IMG/VR virus record: IMGVR_UViG_3300033072_001141
Location: 1-64,000 of that record
Reading direction: 5' to 3' (one strand)
DNA: 64,000 nt
From: a virus
Taxonomy: Duplodnaviria; Caudoviricetes
Part shown: positions 24,972 through 34,914 of the stretch, one piece after another
How positions within the stretch are numbered: position 1 is the stretch's first letter
How the letters are laid out: every line of letters begins with the position of its first letter
Notes under the pieces: model-generated
Database searches by the model: none
What the model saw: the letters and a program-made list of their open reading frames with translations, nothing else
Told to the model about the DNA's origin: nothing
Program-made: the position numbers and the translations under genes

Positions 24972-26540
24972 TTACGGGATCGTGAAGACCGTCCCCGTCA
25001 CTACCATGTGATCGGGGTCGATCGGAAGCTCGTCCGCCGGGACGATGTCGTAGTAGTACCCCAACGGGCCGTAGGCGAACACCACCGGGGATGTCGTCAC
25101 GGTCAGCGAGATGTTCATCGGGATCTGGACCGGCCCGATGATGTGGACGATGTCGGTGATCCGCACGTGGACCGGCACCACCTGGAGGATCTTGCGGATC
25201 AGGCGCGTGAGAGCGCCGTCCAGGAGCGCCGTGGGGTCGGACAGCACCTCGACCGGAACCACCTCGATGCGGATGACCGAGGCCGCGCAGAACCCGCACC
25301 CGGTCACCTCTCGGCACTCGTACTCCAGATCCATCGTGGCGCCGAACGTCGGGGCCGTCCCGGCCAGAACCTCGAACTCCCACACGCCCGGAGCGGTCTC
25401 CTCCGGCAGCGTCTCCAGCCAGAGCTGGCTGGCCGGCATCCCGGCGGCCACCGCGTACCACTGCCCGATGCCCACGATGGGCGAAAGATCTGCGCCTGGC
25501 CCCAGGGCCACCCGCCACCGCCCACCGCCCAGGTTCGTGGTCGAGAGGATCGGCGTGGCGTTCATCGTCCAGCCGATGGCCTCCTGGAGCGTGATCCCTG
25601 GAGGCAGGCCGACCGGCGGCGGAACTGGATCGGCGAGGCTGTCTTCGACCTCGAAGGTGCCGGCCTGGTCGAACGATCCGCCGGTTCCATCGTCCGACAC
25701 CTCCCAGCAGAAGGTGTCGAGCGGGATCACGTCGGCCGCGATCTCGTCGAACCGCGGGAGCATCGGCTCCACCCGCGTGTAGTACCTGCCGCTGCCCGAC
25801 GGCAGCTCGAAGATGTCGGACGGATCGATGGCATCCGGGAACGGAGGCCCGGACAGCGCCCAGAGCTGGAACGGGGTCACCCTGTAGCCGGCGATCTTGC
25901 CGAGGATGTCGTAGCTCTTCGCCGACCCCTTGAGATCGAGCCACTGGACCGCGTTGCGGACCGAGCTGCGCTGGAACGCCTCCGGCTCGTGGAAGTCCAC
26001 CTCGATGCCGTAGTCGGCCCCGAGCAGTTCGATCAGGCTCGGCGGACGGAGCGTGGCGTCCGGCACGCCCGACACGGCGCTGACCGCCGGCAGCTCGGCG
26101 ATGCCGGTCACCTCGACGACGTTCGGCCGGAGCTTGTGGACCGCGTTGACCTTGTACTCCCTGCCCAGCCGATCCTTGAGGATCCAGCCGAGGCTCGTGT
26201 CTCCGAGCGGGACAAACGGGTCGCTGGGATCGGGGTCTCCGAGCGTCACCTCGATGACGCGACCGACGGAAACCGCGCTGGTGATCTCGACGGAGATGTT
26301 CTCGTTGAACTGCGTGCGGACCGTGTCCGAGTCGCGCAGGTCTCCGAAGTGGAGGACCTTCTCGAAGAGGTAGTCGAAGCTCGGTCTGATCGAGTCGGCG
26401 AACTTCTCCAGGCGACCACCGCCCACGTCGATGTCGAGCTGGCGATCGATCTCGGGCAGATCGTTGAAGAGCACCTGCTTCGACCAGTTGAACCGGCCGA
26501 AGGGTCCGTACCCGAAGGGTCCTGCTCCGAAGCCCGGCAT
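24972..26540 (-). CDS. Baseplate wedge protein (P2 gpI / T4 gp7-like)
   Basis: LLGADYG...RSSVRNAVQWLDLKGS..SY.ILG. Confidence 0.75.
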   Translation of the reverse strand: MPGFGAGPFGYGPFGRFNWSKQVLFNDLPEIDRQLDIDVGGGRLEKFADSIRPSFDYLFEKVLHFGDLRDSDTVRTQFNENISVEITSAVSVGRVIEVTLGDPDPSDPFVPLGDTSLGWILKDRLGREYKVNAVHKLRPNVVEVTGIAELPAVSAVSGVPDATLRPPSLIELLGADYGIEVDFHEPEAFQRSSVRNAVQWLDLKGSAKSYDILGKIAGYRVTPFQLWALSGPPFPDAIDPSDIFELPSGSGRYYTRVEPMLPRFDEIAADVIPLDTFCWEVSDDGTGGSFDQAGTFEVEDSLADPVPPPVGLPPGITLQEAIGWTMNATPILSTTNLGGGRWRVALGPGADLSPIVGIGQWYAVAAGMPASQLWLETLPEETAPGVWEFEVLAGTAPTFGATMDLEYECREVTGCGFCAASVIRIEVVPVEVLSDPTALLDGALTRLIRKILQVVPVHVRITDIVHIIGPVQIPMNISLTVTTSPVVFAYGPLGYYYDIVPADELPIDPDHMVVTGTVFTIP

Positions 26541-26543
26541 CGG

Positions 26544-26834
26544 TCAGTCCTGCACCAGTTCGCGGATCTTGACGATCGAGTGCGAGGAGATGGCGCCGGT
26601 GTAGTTCGGCGTCGTCTCCGTAGAGAGCGGGGTCGGATCGACCTCGGTCTTCTCGTAGTAGCACCAGCCGAAGGTGCCCGCGTCCCAGACCCGCTGGAGG
26701 TAGATGAGCGACGGCTCGGGCCACGGATCGAAGCCGCCCGCCGTGGGCGCACCGGTCGTCGTCGTCGCCACCGTGTAGAGCGGCTGGAACGTGCCACCGG
26801 TGAGCGCCTGCGTGTTGGTCCAGACGACGGCCAT
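26544..26834 (-). CDS. Small structural protein
   Basis: Thr/Pro-rich; in the baseplate cluster. Confidence 0.6.
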   Translation of the reverse strand: MAVVWTNTQALTGGTFQPLYTVATTTTGAPTAGGFDPWPEPSLIYLQRVWDAGTFGWCYYEKTEVDPTPLSTETTPNYTGAISSHSIVKIRELVQD

Positions 26835-26838
26835 GGTG

Positions 26839-27924
26839 TCACGCCAGCGGCGTCGTAGCGCCGTCCCAGAGGAGCCAGAGGCCGCCCGTCTGACCCATCC
26901 TGGTCAGCGCGGCGTTCGTGTCGAGGTTGTTGAACCCGGCGGCACTGGAGATGCCCTTGATGAACGGACTCTCCCCCTTGATGAGGCCGATGCTGCCAGG
27001 GTTTCCGAACGGCGGGGTCCCGGTTGCCGGAACCAGGTTCGTCGAAGCCCAGTAGGCGGGCTCGACGATGTCGATGTCGTTGTCGTACGGGTTGTTGCCG
27101 CCAGGGTCGTGAACCTTACCCCCGGTCCAGTACCCAGGACGAAGAATCGTGTGTCGCTGAGCGGCATCGACCCGTGGTGCCATGTGAGCCGGGCGCCCCC
27201 ACGGGCCCTGGTTCGACTGGGTGATGTCGCTGACGCTGCCGACGCCTGCGTCACCGTAGGTCCATCCGGATCGCTGATCCCAGAGCGTACCGGTCGTGGT
27301 CGTGAACGGGTTGCTGTAGCAGCCGGGCGACCAGACGATGTACGGATCGGTGTCGGATACGTGCGGGTTGACCACGCGTTCGTAGAACAAGCCGCCCACG
27401 ATCGCACCCGACGAGTTGCGCAGGTACACGGCGAACGAGTAGCCCTCGGACGCGTCGCCGATGATGTAGTCCACCCTGGTGATGGTGGCCGCGTTCGACC
27501 ACGAGTTGCCCGTCATCGCGAGCGATGGACGCTGCTCGCCGACCGCGATCCATGCGTCGGTCGCGGTGGGCGCAACGACTGCGCCGACGGTCCCATCACC
27601 CGATCCGGTGAAGCCGGCTCCTCGCGAGTAGAGCACCGAGATGTCGTCCGTCGCGACGCCGAACGCGCCGTGCTGGAAGAGCAGCTCGCGAACGCCGGCC
27701 GGGTCGCGCATCCGCCACCAGGCGCGCCGGTTGGTCACCGCACCAGGAACCGCGTCGGCCACGGTCGAGTACGTCGTGAGGATGTCGCCGACGCCCGAGA
27801 ACGTGCCGCCGTTTCCGTCTCCGGATCCGAGGACAGACCACCCGGCCACCTTGAGCCGCTCCTTGAGTTCGTAGAGCGCCTGCTGGGGCGAGTGGACGTT
27901 GTTGAGGCTGAACGTGAAGGCCAT
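26839..27924 (-). CDS. Virion structural protein, paralogue B
   Basis: Shares motifs with 27934-28917 along its length. Confidence 0.7.
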   Translation of the reverse strand: MAFTFSLNNVHSPQQALYELKERLKVAGWSVLGSGDGNGGTFSGVGDILTTYSTVADAVPGAVTNRRAWWRMRDPAGVRELLFQHGAFGVATDDISVLYSRGAGFTGSGDGTVGAVVAPTATDAWIAVGEQRPSLAMTGNSWSNAATITRVDYIIGDASEGYSFAVYLRNSSGAIVGGLFYERVVNPHVSDTDPYIVWSPGCYSNPFTTTTGTLWDQRSGWTYGDAGVGSVSDITQSNQGPWGRPAHMAPRVDAAQRHTILRPGYWTGGKVHDPGGNNPYDNDIDIVEPAYWASTNLVPATGTPPFGNPGSIGLIKGESPFIKGISSAAGFNNLDTNAALTRMGQTGGLWLLWDGATTPLA

Positions 27925-27933
27925 GCTCGCTCC

Positions 27934-28917
27934 TCAGAAGATCGGGATGGTCGAGCCGTCCCACGGGATGCTCACGACGCCGAGGCCCATGCGGGTGCGG
28001 CCCACGTTGGGCCTCATGATCCCAAGTCTCGGCTGGAAGGTCCGGAAGAGACGCGACTTGCCCTTGTAGCCGCGCTCCGTCGCGAACGTGGAACCGCCAC
28101 GCCAGTACCAGACCTGGAGATCCTGGAAGAGCCCAGCGGGGTCCACCGTCTGGCGATCGTTGTTCATCGGAATGGTGGAACCGCCCTCAAGGCCGCCCCA
28201 ATAGACGTTGGGGAATGCGACGAAGGCGGCCCCGCTCAGCCCCTTGCGGTACCAGCCCCGCTGGCACCCGGTCGTCTGCGACACCGCCGTCGCCGATTGC
28301 TGCACATTGGCCGCCTCGGCGAACCCCGCCGCGCCCTGGAGCGTGGTGCCGATGATCGCCGGGTCCGTGTCCGCCGGGTCGGCGTCCGAGATCACGTCGA
28401 GGCTCAGCACCGAGGCGTACGACTGCTCGTTCGTCCTGCGGCATCCCCAGAAGAACGAGAAGCCCTCCGCCGAGTCGCCGACGATGATGTCCTCGCGATA
28501 GGTCGCGTTGGTGGGGAGCCACTGCGTGGCGCCGCTGGGCGTGTTGGTGATCCCCTGCTCGTCAGCCGCGGTGCCGCGCGTGGTCGCGTTGGGCGCGCCA
28601 CCTGTGAATCCGGTGCCGTCCGACGAGTACCACGTCCTCCAGGTGTGCCCGTTCGTGTTGGGGGTCTGGAAGAGGATGGACCGCCTCGGGCTCGCCGCGA
28701 CTGGCTGTCGGATCTCGAACCAGGCGTTAGCCAAGTCGAGCGTGCCGCCATAGGGACCACCCGGCGCGTGAACGTCGCCAGCGCCATTGAACGCGCCGCC
28801 GGTGCCGCTGCCCGACCTGGCAACGACCCATCCCTGTGCGACGAGGAACTCCTTGAGCAGCCAGAGAGCGTGCCCTCCGGTCGTCGGCAGGTTGTTCAGA
28901 GAGAAAGCCCAGGCCAT
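27934..28917 (-). CDS. Virion structural protein, paralogue A
   Basis: MAWAFSLNN...GWVV...IIVGDSAEGFSF...DTDP. Confidence 0.7.
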   Translation of the reverse strand: MAWAFSLNNLPTTGGHALWLLKEFLVAQGWVVARSGSGTGGAFNGAGDVHAPGGPYGGTLDLANAWFEIRQPVAASPRRSILFQTPNTNGHTWRTWYSSDGTGFTGGAPNATTRGTAADEQGITNTPSGATQWLPTNATYREDIIVGDSAEGFSFFWGCRRTNEQSYASVLSLDVISDADPADTDPAIIGTTLQGAAGFAEAANVQQSATAVSQTTGCQRGWYRKGLSGAAFVAFPNVYWGGLEGGSTIPMNNDRQTVDPAGLFQDLQVWYWRGGSTFATERGYKGKSRLFRTFQPRLGIMRPNVGRTRMGLGVVSIPWDGSTIPIF

Positions 28918-28927
28918 CGCGCTCTCC

Positions 28928-30649
28928 TTACTCCTGCACCGTGAGGAGCATGACGCCCTTCACGAGGGCCGTCTCCGCGACGCCGCCCGCGTAGAGGTAG
29001 AAGTCGTACCAGTCGTCGGCGGGGATCGTCACGTCCGCGACGAGCTGCACATCTCCGAGCGCGGCCGTGACCGACCAGGTCGCGATCACTGCGCCGCCGG
29101 TGAACCGACGCAGCTCCAAGGTGGCGGTCTCGGACGGGATGGACCCTCCGAGCATGGCCGCGCTGGCCGCCAAGAGGCGCTGATTGGAAGCCAGCTTCAC
29201 CGATCCGACATGGAGCGCGGTCGTCCCGACCTGCTGCTTGTCGAGGACGATGTCGCGGTACGTCGGCGTGAACAGGAACACCGACCCGGAGAACCCGGAC
29301 TGGGTCTGGAAGATGGTCGTGTCCGGGTCGGTGAACTGGACCGAGATCGAACCGAAGGCTCCGGAGACAGCGTCGCTGTCCAGGCGCGATCTGTCTCGCA
29401 GCTCGAAGTTGCACGCGCCGCCGTTGTTGAGGACCGCGGTCGAGAAGAGCCTGGACTGGCCACGGAGGACGAAGTTGATGCCGCCGGACGCCAGGATGGC
29501 GAGGATGCCGTTCGACGCGACGCCGCCGTCCCAGTCCGCGTCCTCCAGTTCGTACCTGGAGAAGCCGCTTCCGAAGAAGGTGATGGGCGAAGCGGCGCCA
29601 GCGGCGAGCTGGAGCACCAGCCTCGTCGTCCGGAAGTTGCCGGTGATGGTGGCGCCGTTCTGGATCTGGATCGTCGGCCTGCTGCCGGTGAAGGTGTTGT
29701 AGGCGCCGACCAGTTCCACGTCGTCGAGGTTGTATGGGCCTCCGGCCGAGATCACCGGGGAACCGAGCGCGTCGCTGACCCTCACGATCTTGGGCCCAGC
29801 GACCGCGCTGATCGCCGCGTAGAGCGTGGCCCAGGTGTTGTAGACGTTGCCGGTCTCGACCCCGCCCTCCTCGTACACGAAGACGGCCGTCGAGCCTCCC
29901 GGAGCCGGCGACGAGACCCACTGCGTCCCGTCCCACAGGAGCACGTCGTTCAGCGCCGGAGCGATGCTCGGATCGATGGGGTCTCCGCGCAGCGCGACGA
30001 CCGACACCGCGGTGATCGGGCCAGAGATGTCTCCGCCGATGGTCACCGGCGTCCAGTTGGGGCTGACGAACGCGAGGAGCTGGTTCGCGGTGGGGGCCGT
30101 CCCGACGACGTTCGTCCCCCGGATCCTCTCCACCACGTTCGTGCCCGAGGGCCCGGTCACGTCGCCGGCCAGGGTCACCGCTCCGCCGCCCTGCGTCGAT
30201 CCGATGCCGGAGACGGTGTCTCCGTTCGACATGAGCAGGCCGTTCCGCCAGAAGAGCTGCGTTCCGCGGCGGATGCAGAGAACGACGGAGTTGTCGTTCG
30301 AGAGAGCGAAGCCGGCCGACGAGACGGCCATGGAGGCGTTCGCTCCGAGCGCGCGCGCGACGTTGCCGCGCACGACCTGGCCGTCCGCGATGGTCACGCT
30401 GCCCGCTGGGATCTGGTTCAGGAAGCCCGTGTTGGGGCTGAGGAACTCGATGGCAGAGGACCAGCTCAGCACGCCGGTGCCGGAGTTCCACGCGACGGTC
30501 CCGCCGCCCATGATGAGGAGGTTGCGGTCTTCGCGCGCGGCGTAGCCCGACGCATCCATCCCACGGATGAGATCGACGAACCTCTCCCACCACGGATCTT
30601 CGTTCTCCGATGGGTAGGACCACTGCATCCTGGGGGAGGACTCGGTCAT
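28928..30649 (-). CDS. Tail fibre/spike-like protein
   Basis: LAGDVTGP fibre motif; probable beta-helical middle region. Confidence 0.7.
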   Translation of the reverse strand: MTESSPRMQWSYPSENEDPWWERFVDLIRGMDASGYAAREDRNLLIMGGGTVAWNSGTGVLSWSSAIEFLSPNTGFLNQIPAGSVTIADGQVVRGNVARALGANASMAVSSAGFALSNDNSVVLCIRRGTQLFWRNGLLMSNGDTVSGIGSTQGGGAVTLAGDVTGPSGTNVVERIRGTNVVGTAPTANQLLAFVSPNWTPVTIGGDISGPITAVSVVALRGDPIDPSIAPALNDVLLWDGTQWVSSPAPGGSTAVFVYEEGGVETGNVYNTWATLYAAISAVAGPKIVRVSDALGSPVISAGGPYNLDDVELVGAYNTFTGSRPTIQIQNGATITGNFRTTRLVLQLAAGAASPITFFGSGFSRYELEDADWDGGVASNGILAILASGGINFVLRGQSRLFSTAVLNNGGACNFELRDRSRLDSDAVSGAFGSISVQFTDPDTTIFQTQSGFSGSVFLFTPTYRDIVLDKQQVGTTALHVGSVKLASNQRLLAASAAMLGGSIPSETATLELRRFTGGAVIATWSVTAALGDVQLVADVTIPADDWYDFYLYAGGVAETALVKGVMLLTVQE

Positions 30650-30665
30650 CGCTCACTTCCCGTCT

Positions 30666-32780
30666 TCATGCTGCCGCCACCTGTCCGGTCAGGGTGACGG
30701 TTCCCTTGGTCACCACCTGCTTCGACTCGATGACGAGGTTGCCGTCTCCATCGACGAGCAGAGCGGGTCCGGTGATGCGGAAGATCGCGTACATGATTCC
30801 GTCCACGCCCTTCTGACCGGTCGATGGATCGGGGACGATCGAAGCGTAGAGGTCGCTGAGGCGCAAGGACTTCCCGAACGGGCGGACCTGGAGGAGGCCG
30901 TCGAGCGCCTTGCGGACGTTCGAGAGAACGGTCGCCTGGACGTACCCGTCCCGGATGCCGATCGTGCCCGTGATGTCCGCGCGGACCAGGTACGGGCCGC
31001 CGGAGACAACCTCCACCACCTGGGTGACCTCCTTCCGCTCTTCGAGGTACGCCTCCAGGCTGCGCATGAGGGCGATCGGGGGCTCGGTGAGGAAGCCGTC
31101 CACGTCCCGGGTGAGGATGGGCACCTGGACGAGGTTCGCCTGGCAGTCGGCCGCGAGGAAGGCATCGACGTGATCGAAGATCGCTTGCAGCTCGTCCTCG
31201 ACCAGGTTCTCGAACTGGGTCGTGACCCTCGTGATGATGGCGGCGATCGTCGTCTGCTGCGCGGCCAGCTCGGTCGTCTGGACGGAGAGCGCGTTGGTCA
31301 CGTCCACGATCGAGGCGTTCGCGTCCGCCGTCGCCTGCTCGATGTTCCCGGTCGCCGTGACGATTGCCTGGACCTGAGCTTCGACGTTCGAGAGCTGCGT
31401 CTTGATGTCGTTGAACGCCGCGTCCTTGAGCAGAAGCGTGGCCGCAGCAAGCCCCTCGTCGGCTCGCACCGACGCGTTGTTCGCGATGACGCGGATGGAC
31501 TGTGCCGCCGACCGCGCGTCGATGGCGTCGCCCGCCGCGCTCGGCGTCTGCGGAGCAGTCACGATGGCGTCCAGCGACGCCTGGATGTCGGTCGTGACGG
31601 CCGTGTCGATGTCCCCGCGCGCGCCGTCGATGGCGACGCGGTTGGCCTCGGCGGAGTTGGCCAGCGCCGTCACGTCGTCCGCGACCGGCTGCACCAGCCC
31701 GCGGATGTTGTTCAGGAGCGCCTGGAGTCCAAGGTCGTTGTCGGCTCCACGAGCCACGAACGCCTGCGCCACGGCCACGGAGCCGGCGAGAGGGTCGCTG
31801 AACGTCTGCGAGAGGCCGACGTAGTCCTCCTGCGTCACGGCGACGTTGCGGGCCTTGAAGAACCGCGGCGCGTTCGCCTTGGCGGTGGTCGTGTCCTCGG
31901 GGTCGGCTCCACCCGAGCTGGGCGCCGGGTTCGTGATGGTGAGGGGGATGGCCTGGAACATCACCACCAGAGGCGCGACCACATCGGTGATCGTTCCGTT
32001 CAACACGAGGCCGCTCTTGCCAGAGGTCGCGGTGTAGACCACCACGATGCTCGCGCCGGAGGCGGGCACGTTGCCGGCGACGCCGTCTCCGAAACGAACG
32101 GTCGTGGGGTCCGAGTTGAAGTCCACCTCGACCTGGTTGGTCTGATCGAAGGTGATCAGGTCCGTGATGTCCCACGGCACCCCGGCCACCGTGACCGAGA
32201 CGGTGCCCTCCGCGACGAACTTCCCGTCGCCCGGGTTCAGCCGGAAGACCTGGTTCTTGGACCCGTTGGACGTGAACGTCTCGGTCCTGGTCGTGCCCTC
32301 GCGGCAGGCGATGGTCCTGGCTGGCGAGAGGGGGCCCTCTCCGGCCAGGAAGGTCACCGCCTCGGTCGCCTCGAACACCAGGCCGGACGGGCCCTCGAAC
32401 TGGAAGCCGACGGGGACGGGGACGTTGAAGGCGTAGATCTGCCGGAGGTTCACCTCCAGATCCACGGAGGCGGCGATGCCGCCAGCCATCTTGTAGCCGA
32501 TCTGCCGACAGAGCCGGTTGACGGCCTTCCTGGTCCGCGCCGTCAGGAGATAGCTCTCCGACGCCTGGCGATCGATGTAGAAGCTCAGCGTCTCCGCGGC
32601 CCACGCCACGATGTCGATGAGCATCTGGCCGGTCCCCGAGACGACGAAGTCGTTGAACTCGGTGACGAAAAGGGTCTGAATCCTCGCGACGATGTCATCG
32701 ACGAAGCTGAAAAAGTCCTTGCCGGCGAAGCGGGCCCTGTTGATCTGCGCGGCAGGGCTCTCGATCTGGATCGGATCCAT
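30666..32780 (-). CDS. Baseplate wedge protein (baseplate J / T4 gp6-like) with coiled-coil insertion
   Basis: GKDF..., YLLTAR, TVRFGDG..G.VP, GGADPE, AVTQEDY. Confidence 0.9.
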   Translation of the reverse strand: MDPIQIESPAAQINRARFAGKDFFSFVDDIVARIQTLFVTEFNDFVVSGTGQMLIDIVAWAAETLSFYIDRQASESYLLTARTRKAVNRLCRQIGYKMAGGIAASVDLEVNLRQIYAFNVPVPVGFQFEGPSGLVFEATEAVTFLAGEGPLSPARTIACREGTTRTETFTSNGSKNQVFRLNPGDGKFVAEGTVSVTVAGVPWDITDLITFDQTNQVEVDFNSDPTTVRFGDGVAGNVPASGASIVVVYTATSGKSGLVLNGTITDVVAPLVVMFQAIPLTITNPAPSSGGADPEDTTTAKANAPRFFKARNVAVTQEDYVGLSQTFSDPLAGSVAVAQAFVARGADNDLGLQALLNNIRGLVQPVADDVTALANSAEANRVAIDGARGDIDTAVTTDIQASLDAIVTAPQTPSAAGDAIDARSAAQSIRVIANNASVRADEGLAAATLLLKDAAFNDIKTQLSNVEAQVQAIVTATGNIEQATADANASIVDVTNALSVQTTELAAQQTTIAAIITRVTTQFENLVEDELQAIFDHVDAFLAADCQANLVQVPILTRDVDGFLTEPPIALMRSLEAYLEERKEVTQVVEVVSGGPYLVRADITGTIGIRDGYVQATVLSNVRKALDGLLQVRPFGKSLRLSDLYASIVPDPSTGQKGVDGIMYAIFRITGPALLVDGDGNLVIESKQVVTKGTVTLTGQVAAA

Positions 32781-33286
32781 TAGGCCACCTGCTTCCAGGT
32801 CCGCCCGACCACGATGTGGTTGACGGTCTGCTCGGCCACCCCGAACTCACGCGCGAGTTCGCGCTGAGTGGAGCCCTCGCGAACCCTCGACTTGATGACC
32901 GATACCTGAGCCTCGGTCAGCCTGGCGCGAACGTGAGCGCTTCCGCGAGGTCTTGCTTCCGGCTTCGTCCTGGCGCCGCTACGGTCCCCTGCGGCGGTTC
33001 TGCCCTTGGCACCTCGGTCAGCCGCGTTGTCCGCATCGGACCCGGCGAAAAGGTGGTCGGGACGAACGCAGCCGGGGTTGTCGCACTTGTGAAGAGCGCA
33101 CATCCCATCTGGAAGCGGACCGTTCGTCAGCTCGAACGAAAACCTGTGCGCCCGTACGGTCTTGCGCCTGGTGATCGCGAAGCGGCCATAGCCCTTCGAT
33201 GTGGCACCAAGCCAGATCCAGCAGGTGTCGGTCTTGCTGACCTTCGACCAGAACCGGTCTTCGATGGCTTGCGTCTTGACGAACAC
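32780..33286 (-). mobile_element. Free-standing HNH endonuclease with C-terminal HTH
   Basis: RFWSKV, CWIW, AHRFSF, LHKCDNPGCVRPDHL; 7-bp hairpin at 33305-33321 beside the RBS. Confidence 0.92.
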
Positions 33287-33338
33287 GGTGCCGCTGCTCC
33301 TTCACTCCCTGGACCAGGGAGCACTGCTTCTTCGACGA

Positions 33339-33707
33339 TCACGCGCTGAACGAAGTGCTCGCCCGTCGGATGACTCCTACCACCTCGAAGGTCACATCGA
33401 CCAGGATCTCCACCCCGTCCGAGGTCTCGCGCTCGGTCACCTCGACGAAGAGGATGCGCGCCCGCGGCTCTCCAGCCGAGATCGCGCGGCGAACTTCGTG
33501 GTCTACCCGCGCCCGAAGCAGGGGCCCGGAGTTCTCGAAGATGAAGCTGTAGGTGTCCGACCCTGCGTCCGGTCGCATGACCCTGGATCCACGGGGGGTC
33601 TGGAGGATGCGGGCGATGTTGTCCGCGACCACGTCCTCGTCGGTCCTCGGAGCTGGCAGCCCGAACGCCGAACGGGTGAACGGGAAGGCAATCCCTCTGA
33701 TCGTCAC
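33339..33707 (-). CDS. Baseplate wedge gp25 / gpW-like protein
   Basis: GIAFPF...ILQTPRGSRVMRPDAGS...GEPRARI. Confidence 0.9.
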   Translation of the reverse strand: MTIRGIAFPFTRSAFGLPAPRTDEDVVADNIARILQTPRGSRVMRPDAGSDTYSFIFENSGPLLRARVDHEVRRAISAGEPRARILFVEVTERETSDGVEILVDVTFEVVGVIRRASTSFSA

Positions 33708-34216
33708 GCCGCCCTCCAGTTACGGCCCGCCAGGGCCATCCAGATTGCCCCCTGTGACACGCCGTATTCGGCCGCAAGCGCCCTCTGCGTCACCCCTCCC
33801 TCGACGTATCGCGATCGAATCTTCGCGACCTGCTCCTCCGTAAGCCTCGACCTTCCGTTCTTCCCCCCCGCGTTTGAGGTGCCCTTGTAAGAGGCTCGGC
33901 CCTTGGAGGCCATGTCCCTCATATTGTCTCGCTGCGTACCGATGAACAGGTGGTCGGGTCTCACGCACCTCGGGTTGTCGCAGCGGTGGAGCACGCTCAT
34001 TCCCGGCGGAAGCTCACCGTTCGTCAGTTTCCACGCGATCCTGGCCGCTCCCTCCGGTCGCCTGGATCCATCCGCCTTCGACCCAACGTTGAGGAACCCA
34101 TAGCCGTTGCCGAAGTAGGCGCCATCCCACTCCCAGCAGTCGCTCGGACCGGCTCCGCAGAAGCGGACCTTCTCCCAGAACCGCGTCTCTAGCGGAGTGG
34201 TGAACCGGATGGTCAT
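33704..34216 (-). mobile_element. Free-standing HNH endonuclease with C-terminal HTH
   Basis: RFWEKV, CWEW, VLHRCDNPRCVRPDHL. Confidence 0.92.
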
Positions 34217-34389
34217 GCCGCCGCCTCGACGGGACGGAAGGTCTTGCCCGAGAGCACCTGCCAGATGGCCATCTGCGAGACGCCGTACTTCTCGGCGAGC
34301 GCACGCTGGCTCACTCCACCCTGGCTGTACTCCGCCCGGATGATGTCTGCCTGCTCGACGGTGAGCTTCGCTCGTCCTCGCTTCTTCAC
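34213..34389 (-). CDS. 58-aa stand-alone HTH resembling the adjacent HNH C-terminus (not in ORF track)
   Basis: MKKRGRAKLTVEQADIIRAEYSQGGVSQRALAEKYGVSQMAIWQVLSGKTFRPVEAAA. Confidence 0.7.
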   Translation of the reverse strand: MKKRGRAKLTVEQADIIRAEYSQGGVSQRALAEKYGVSQMAIWQVLSGKTFRPVEAAA

Positions 34390-34401
34390 GGCGCCCTAAG
34401 T

Positions 34402-34914
34402 CTACAGGATCGTCTGCGTGACGGGAGCCGCCGGAGCCACCACCGTCTGGATGGTCCCGCCGATGTTCGCCAGCGACAGGACCCTGGCGACGGCCTGAGC
34501 GGCCGACTCCAGCGTCATGCGACCGCTGGTGTTGGAAAGGAACTCGGAGGTCAGGACGGCAGCGATCGTTCCGACGCCGGGGGGCGGGATGAGCGTTCCC
34601 GGTACGATGACGGCAGGTCCGGGCAGCACCCAGATCGCCGAGGCGAGCGGGCTGCACGCCAGCCAGAACGCCGCGACCGCCGCCTGGATCTGCACTGGCG
34701 CCACGTTGGCCTGGGAGAAGCCCTGGAGCGCCGCGCTGAACGCTGCCTTGGGCGCGGTGTCGAGGATGGGCCTGGCTGCCGGAACCCCGAGCAGCGATGC
34801 TCCTTGGAAGTAGTCCAGCCACGCGCGCGTGAGCGTGTCGATGGCCACGCTCTCCTGGTCCGTGCCCACCATGCGCGAGAGACCGTTCGCCAGAACTCCC
34901 GTGACGAGCGGCAT
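34402..34914 (-). CDS. Spike-associated hypothetical protein
   Basis: Directly follows the spike gene. Confidence 0.65.
   Translation of the reverse strand: MPLVTGVLANGLSRMVGTDQESVAIDTLTRAWLDYFQGASLLGVPAARPILDTAPKAAFSAALQGFSQANVAPVQIQAAVAAFWLACSPLASAIWVLPGPAVIVPGTLIPPPGVGTIAAVLTSEFLSNTSGRMTLESAAQAVARVLSLANIGGTIQTVVAPAAPVTQTIL

Noticed and set aside
21421-30649. Diversity-generating retroelement or invertible fibre cassette
   Set aside because: No reverse transcriptase, invertase, or adenine-mismatched TR/VR pair was found in the window.
33287-33345. Start duplication for baseplate J at the 32780 HNH
   Set aside because: No convincing peptide or DNA match to MDPIQIES was found upstream.
33720-33968. 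ORF-track 82-aa minus ORF and similar nested minus-strand ORFs
   Set aside because: They are out-of-frame overlaps of clearly identified genes.
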